A stretch of DNA of 64,000 bases. Origin: Phaeosaccion multiseriatum. Its lineage: Eukaryota; Protista; Ochrophyta, other classes. The translations under genes and the position numbers were made by a program. The stretch is from the NCBI GenBank assembly GCA_965112735.1, contig OZ218962.1, positions 3,100,001 to 3,164,000 on the forward strand. Direction: 5' to 3'. Positions 59,575 through 64,000 of the stretch are shown in pieces (position 1 is the first letter of the stretch; every line of letters starts with the position of its first letter). The notes below the pieces were generated by a model that did not search any database, was not told where the DNA came from, and saw only the letters and a program-made list of their open reading frames with translations.

Positions 59575-60949
59575 TTTCACACCCCTCGACAGAACACCTG
59601 TTGGTCACGGCTCCATGAGACGTACACAATCCTCCCTGGACACGCCTCTTTTGACACCCCTCGACAGAGCACCTCTTCCTCACAGCTCCATGAGACGTAC
59701 ATAATCCTCCCTGCTGCGACTGCTTTTGACACCCCTCAACTTTACACACTCCTGGCATAGCTTCCCCCCAAGGCTCCAGTGGTGTCTTTGAAATACTCGA
59801 ACGCCTTGCTGCTGCTGCCCCTCCTGCCACTGCTTTTGTCACTGCTGCTACTTCCGTTGGGAGTCAAGCTCGGTAAGGTAACACTCTCTCGTTTCTCCTC
59901 TTGACTTGAGCTAACGGGAAGCCTCTCTTTGTAGACAGTGGCGACGTCTGCCCTTTGCACGCCTTGCTGCTGCTGCTGCTGCCTGCTGCTGAAAATGCCG
60001 TCGGGTGTCTCTCCTTATTGGGCTAAAGGGAAGCCCCTAGAGAAGTGGCTTAAAGAGGGGAAAGAGTGAACTACGTTGATGAAGTTGCTGCTGCCGCTGC
60101 TGATGGCGCCCCGATGGGTGGATGTGTTCTACTCCTTGCTTCGGGGGGGGGGGGGGGGGGGTGAAGTTTATGCTCCCGCTGCTGATGGTACCGCTGCTGC
60201 TACTGTCGATGGTTGATCTGTTCTACCCCTTTTGCAGGGGGGGGGGGGAGGTACCCCGTCTCCGTACAGAAAGTCAATGAATTAATTAGAGGCATACAGG
60301 CGACTTTTATACTCTCTCAATCTCGCTCCCACCGGCCAGAGATAAGATCTTGATGTTAAAGTAAGCTTTAGCTCTCAGTCACAGGGGAACACATCCAGGC
60401 TAAAGGCCTTGGTCGAGCCTCAATGGCTGCTGCTGCCTACCTTGAGGCGTAACCACCCTGTTGGCCTTCATCCCCGCTGTTGCCTCTACGGTGGTAAGGA
60501 AGGAGCAGGTTCCAGGACCGGTTCCACAGACATGGGAGGAGGCTCTGTGTGCTTTCTAACCTCATGATGAGGGACTCACACTAGACCTGCCTTCCTTCTT
60601 TGACGTATACTTCCATCACACTTGAGGTGTCAAACTCCTTCTGAAGTGTCTTTGACGTATACTTCGATCAATCTTGAGGTGTCAAACTCCTTCTGAAGTG
60701 TCAGTCTAGACCTGCCTTCCTTCTTTGACGTATACTTCGATCAATCGTCGGAGCGCAGGCTTTGGCCACCTCCGTGCCTTGATGGTTGCCGAGTGCTCAT
60801 TCGCCCAAGCCAGCCCCTCCTCCATGTTACCCCCTTCTGTCCCTTCCCACCCCCTGTCCACTCTCCATACACTGCATCAGTGCATCTGCTTCCAGCAGAC
60901 AATGTCTTAGATACTGAATGACAGAGCACCACTTCTCGTCATCGGGTAT

Positions 60950-62221
60950 TCACAGCTCAAGACCCGACCTTGGGCCCTCCACACGCACGCACGCTCGCAG
61001 CGCCTTCCGTCCGCGCTTCTTTCTCTCACTCGCCGTCACCATGCTCTCCTCCAGCACCGCCCACTCCTCCTCTCGCTTCTCGTCATCAGTATCATCACCC
61101 CCTCCACCTGAGTGATACCGGTCGTAGGCAGACACAAAGTCTCCAACAATGCTCTCCACGCTGGCCCCCTTCCTCTTGGTGCGGACCGCACAGTAGGGCA
61201 GTAGCCTCACCCTCCTCCGACCCACAGTCACCACCACGCCATTCGACAGCTCTGTGTCTCGATGACCCAAGCAGACTGTGGCAGCCTCAGCCCCATCACC
61301 CTCCAGCTCCCTCCACAGACCAACGGGCAGCTGAACCTCGTCCCCGCCATGGAGCCCCAGCCTCGCAATCAATCCTTCCGCACTCTCCTCCTTCCTGTCG
61401 TTCTCTTCATTGTCTTCTTCCTTGGTTGGAAGTCTTGCCCTCTTCCCTTCTCTCCCACGGATGTCGGTCGCAGCTCGTCGCTTGGATCCAGGCGCACACT
61501 GAAGCCCCCCCTCCTGCTGCTCTGCTCTCTCTCGTTTCATTCGAGCATGCCCTCTGCACATCCCACCTAAGCCACCCTGAGGGTACTTGTTGCAGCCCCC
61601 TTCGCTACACCTCTTCCTCACAGCTCCATGAGACGTACACAACCCTCCCTGCTTCGACTGCTTTTGACACCCCTCGACAGAACACCTCTTCCTCACAGCT
61701 CCATGAGACACACACAGTCCTCCCTGCTTCGACTGCTTTTGACACCCCTCGACAGAACACCTCTTCATCACAGCTCCATGCGACGCACATAATCCTCCCT
61801 GATGCGACTGCTTTTGACACCCCTCGACAGAACACCTCTTGGTCACAGCTCCATGGGACACACACAGTCCTCCCTGCCTCGACTGCTTTTGACACCCCTC
61901 GACAGAACACCTCTTCACTTGAGCTCCATGGGACACACACAACCCTCCCTGAACCGAGTGCTTTTGACACCCCTCGACAGAACACATCTTGGTCACGGCT
62001 CCATGAGACGCACATAATCCTCCCTGGACACGCTTCTTTTCACACCCCTCAACAGAACACCTCTTGACTACAGCTCCATGAGACGTACACAATCCTCCCT
62101 GCTGCGACTGCTTTTCACACCCCTCGACAGAACACCTCTTCACTTGAGCTCCATGGGACACACACAATCCTCCCTGCTGCGAATACTTTTGACACCCCTC
62201 AACTTTACACACTCCTGGCAT
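60950..62221 (-). CDS. C3H zinc-finger array protein, copy 6: 8 fingers plus cap
   Basis: Same architecture, intact ORF. Confidence 0.85.
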   Translation of the reverse strand: MPGVCKVEGCQKYSQQGGLCVSHGAQVKRCSVEGCEKQSQQGGLCTSHGAVVKRCSVEGCEKKRVQGGLCASHGAVTKMCSVEGCQKHSVQGGLCVSHGAQVKRCSVEGCQKQSRQGGLCVSHGAVTKRCSVEGCQKQSHQGGLCASHGAVMKRCSVEGCQKQSKQGGLCVSHGAVRKRCSVEGCQKQSKQGGLCTSHGAVRKRCSEGGCNKYPQGGLGGMCRGHARMKRERAEQQEGGLQCAPGSKRRAATDIRGREGKRARLPTKEEDNEENDRKEESAEGLIARLGLHGGDEVQLPVGLWRELEGDGAEAATVCLGHRDTELSNGVVVTVGRRRVRLLPYCAVRTKRKGASVESIVGDFVSAYDRYHSGGGGDDTDDEKREEEWAVLEESMVTASERKKRGRKALRACVRVEGPRSGLEL

Positions 62222-63168
62222 AGCTTCCCTCCAAGGCTCCAATTTTACTTTTTTTATACTAGAACGCCCTGCTGTTGCTGCCCCTCCTGCCACTGCTTTT
62301 GTCACTGCTGCTACTTCCGTTGGGAGTCAAGCTCGGTAAGGTATAAGGTAACACTCTCTCGTTTCTCCTCTTGACTTGAGCCAACGGGAAGCCTCTCTTT
62401 GTAGACAGTGGCGACGTCTGCCCTTTGAACGCCTTGCTGCTGCTGCTGCTGCTGCTGCCTGCTGCTGAGACTGCTGTCTGATGTCCCTCGTTCTTGAGCT
62501 AAAGGGAAGCCCCTAGAGAAGTGGCTTAAAGAGGGCAAAATGATGACGTTGCTGCTGCCGTTGCGGATGGTGCCGTTGCTGCTGCTGCCGATGGGTCGAT
62601 GTGTTCTACTCCTTGCTTCGGGGGGGTGGGGGGAAGGGGGGGTGAAGTTGCTGCTCCCGCTGCTGATGGTACCGCTGCTGCTATTGCCGATGGGTCGATG
62701 TGTTCTACTCCTTGCTTCGGGGGGGTGGGGGGAAGGGGGGGTGAAGTTGCTGTTCCCGCTGCTGATGGTACCGCTGCTGCTACTTCCGATGGGTCGATGT
62801 GTTCTACTCTTCTACTCTTCTACTCCTTGCTTCGGGGGGGGGGGGGGGGATGAAGTTGCTGCTGCCGCTGCTGATGGTACCTGCTGCTACTGCAGATGGT
62901 CGATGTGTCTGTTTTTTTCCGGGGGGAGGTCCTTCTCCGTACAGAAAGTCAATGAATTAGAGGCATACGGACGACCGACCCTTCTTTGTTCTTTGTACTA
63001 CGACGTACTTCGATTTTATACTCTCTCAGAGCCCCTCCTCCATGTTACCCCCCTCTGTCCCTTCCCACCCCCTGTCCACTCTCCATACACTGCATCAGTG
63101 CATCTGCTTCAAGCAGACAATCTCTTAGATACTGATTGACAGAGCACCACTTCTCGTCATCAGGGTAT

Positions 63169-64000
63169 TCACAGCTCAAGCCCCGACCTTGGGCCCTCCA
63201 CACGCACGCACGCTCGCAGCGCCTTCCGCCCGCGCTTCTTTCTCTCACTCGCCGTCACCATGCTCTCCTCCAGCACCGCCCACTCCTCCTCTCGCTGCTC
63301 ATCGGCAGCATCATCACCCCCTCCACCTGAGTGATACCGGTGGTAGGCAGACACAAAGTCTCCAACAATGCTCTCCACGCTGGCCCCCTTCCTCTTGGTG
63401 CGAACCGCACAGTAGGGCAGTAGCCTCACCCTCCTCCGGCCCACAGTCACCACCACGCCATTCGACAGCTCTGTGTCTCGATGACCCAAGCAGACTGTGG
63501 CAGCCTCAGCCCCATCACCCTCCAGCTCCCTCCACAGACCAGCGGGCAGCTGAACCTCGTCCCCGACATGGAGCCCCAGCCTCGCAATCAATCCTGTCCC
63601 ACTCTCCTCCTCCCTGTCGTTCTCTTCATTGTCTTCTTCCTTGGTTGGAAGTCTTGCCCTTTTCCCTTCTCTCCCACGGATGTCGGTCGCAGCTCGTCGC
63701 TTGGATCCAGGCGCACACTGAAGCCCCCCCTCCTGCTGCTCTGCTCTCTCTCGTTTCATTCGAGCATGCCCTTTGCACATCCCACCTAAGCCACCCTGAG
63801 GGTACTTGTTGCAGCCCCCTTCGCTACACCTCTTCCTCACAGCTCCATGAGACGTACACAACCCTCCCTGCTTCGACTGCTTTTGACACCCGTCGACAGA
63901 ACACCTCTTGGTCACGGCTCCATGAGACGTACACAATCCTCCCTGCTTCGACTGCTTTTGACACCCCTCGACAGAACACCTCTTGGTCACAGCTCCATGA
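63169..64000 (-). CDS. C3H zinc-finger array protein, copy 7 (partial; 5' end beyond the window)
   Basis: C-terminal domain, cap and at least 2 fingers; essentially identical to copy 2 over this span. Confidence 0.85.
   Translation of the reverse strand, partial: HGAVTKRCSVEGCQKQSKQGGLCTSHGAVTKRCSVDGCQKQSKQGGLCTSHGAVRKRCSEGGCNKYPQGGLGGMCKGHARMKRERAEQQEGGLQCAPGSKRRAATDIRGREGKRARLPTKEEDNEENDREEESGTGLIARLGLHVGDEVQLPAGLWRELEGDGAEAATVCLGHRDTELSNGVVVTVGRRRVRLLPYCAVRTKRKGASVESIVGDFVSAYHRYHSGGGGDDAADEQREEEWAVLEESMVTASERKKRGRKALRACVRVEGPRSGLEL

Larger units (their letters stand above)
54920..59758 (-). pseudogene. C3H zinc-finger array protein, copy 5 (8 fingers plus cap), interrupted in finger 3 by a non-LTR retrotransposon
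   Basis: The 5' part (59758-59575) and 3' part (56019-54920) rejoin in frame as ...CSVEGCE|KQSKQGGLCILH after removing the insert and one TSD copy. Confidence 0.9.
44842..64000 (-). repeat. Tandem gene array of at least 7 units of ~2.3-2.7 kb, each a zinc-finger-repeat gene plus spacer
   Basis: Near-identical C-terminal coding blocks and spacers recur at ~45.0, 47.7, 50.2, 52.4, 54.9, 61.0 and 63.2 kb. The array runs off the window. Confidence 0.95.

Noticed and set aside
45014-63789. Long + strand and alternative-frame ORFs over the ZF array (e.g. 47703-48875, 60970-62067, 45931-46740)
   Set aside because: These are shadow frames of the 75-bp repeat; their lengths and stops are not conserved between copies.
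44842-64000. Array units as transposons
   Set aside because: No TIRs, LTRs, TSDs or transposase/helicase motifs were found in the units.

Overview
Intron-rich, GC- and microsatellite-rich eukaryotic nuclear DNA. The gene mix suggests a stramenopile/ochrophyte alga, but that is inference only. Positions 1-41 kb hold ordinary genes: the 3' part of a SPINDLY/OGT-like glycosyltransferase, a frameshifted FNIP-repeat gene, a 3R-MYB, a 1-Cys peroxiredoxin with an unusual MGACVSK N-terminus, a histidine-phosphatase/PGAM gene, a SENP8-like protease, a Zn2Cys6 transcription factor and a very large low-complexity minus-strand gene. This part also contains three MITE-like elements and several minisatellites. 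A young, internally deleted Ty1/copia element with identical 156-bp LTRs and a TGCCT target-site duplication sits at 41485-44658. The most notable structure runs from about 44.8 kb to the window end: a head-to-tail array of at least 7 intronless paralogues. Each encodes a different number (6-14, plus a capping finger) and order of 25-aa C-x4-C-x9-C-x2-H zinc-finger modules. The scaffold is near-invariant while one triplet is hypervariable, followed by a bipartite NLS and a constant C-terminal domain. This resembles a PRDM9/TALE-like modular recognition repertoire. One copy is interrupted by a CRE-like RT/restriction-like-endonuclease non-LTR retrotransposon with a 12-bp TSD and a 93-bp fold-back at its 5' end. 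Splice models were inferred by eye and family calls rest on motif recognition; no searches were run.
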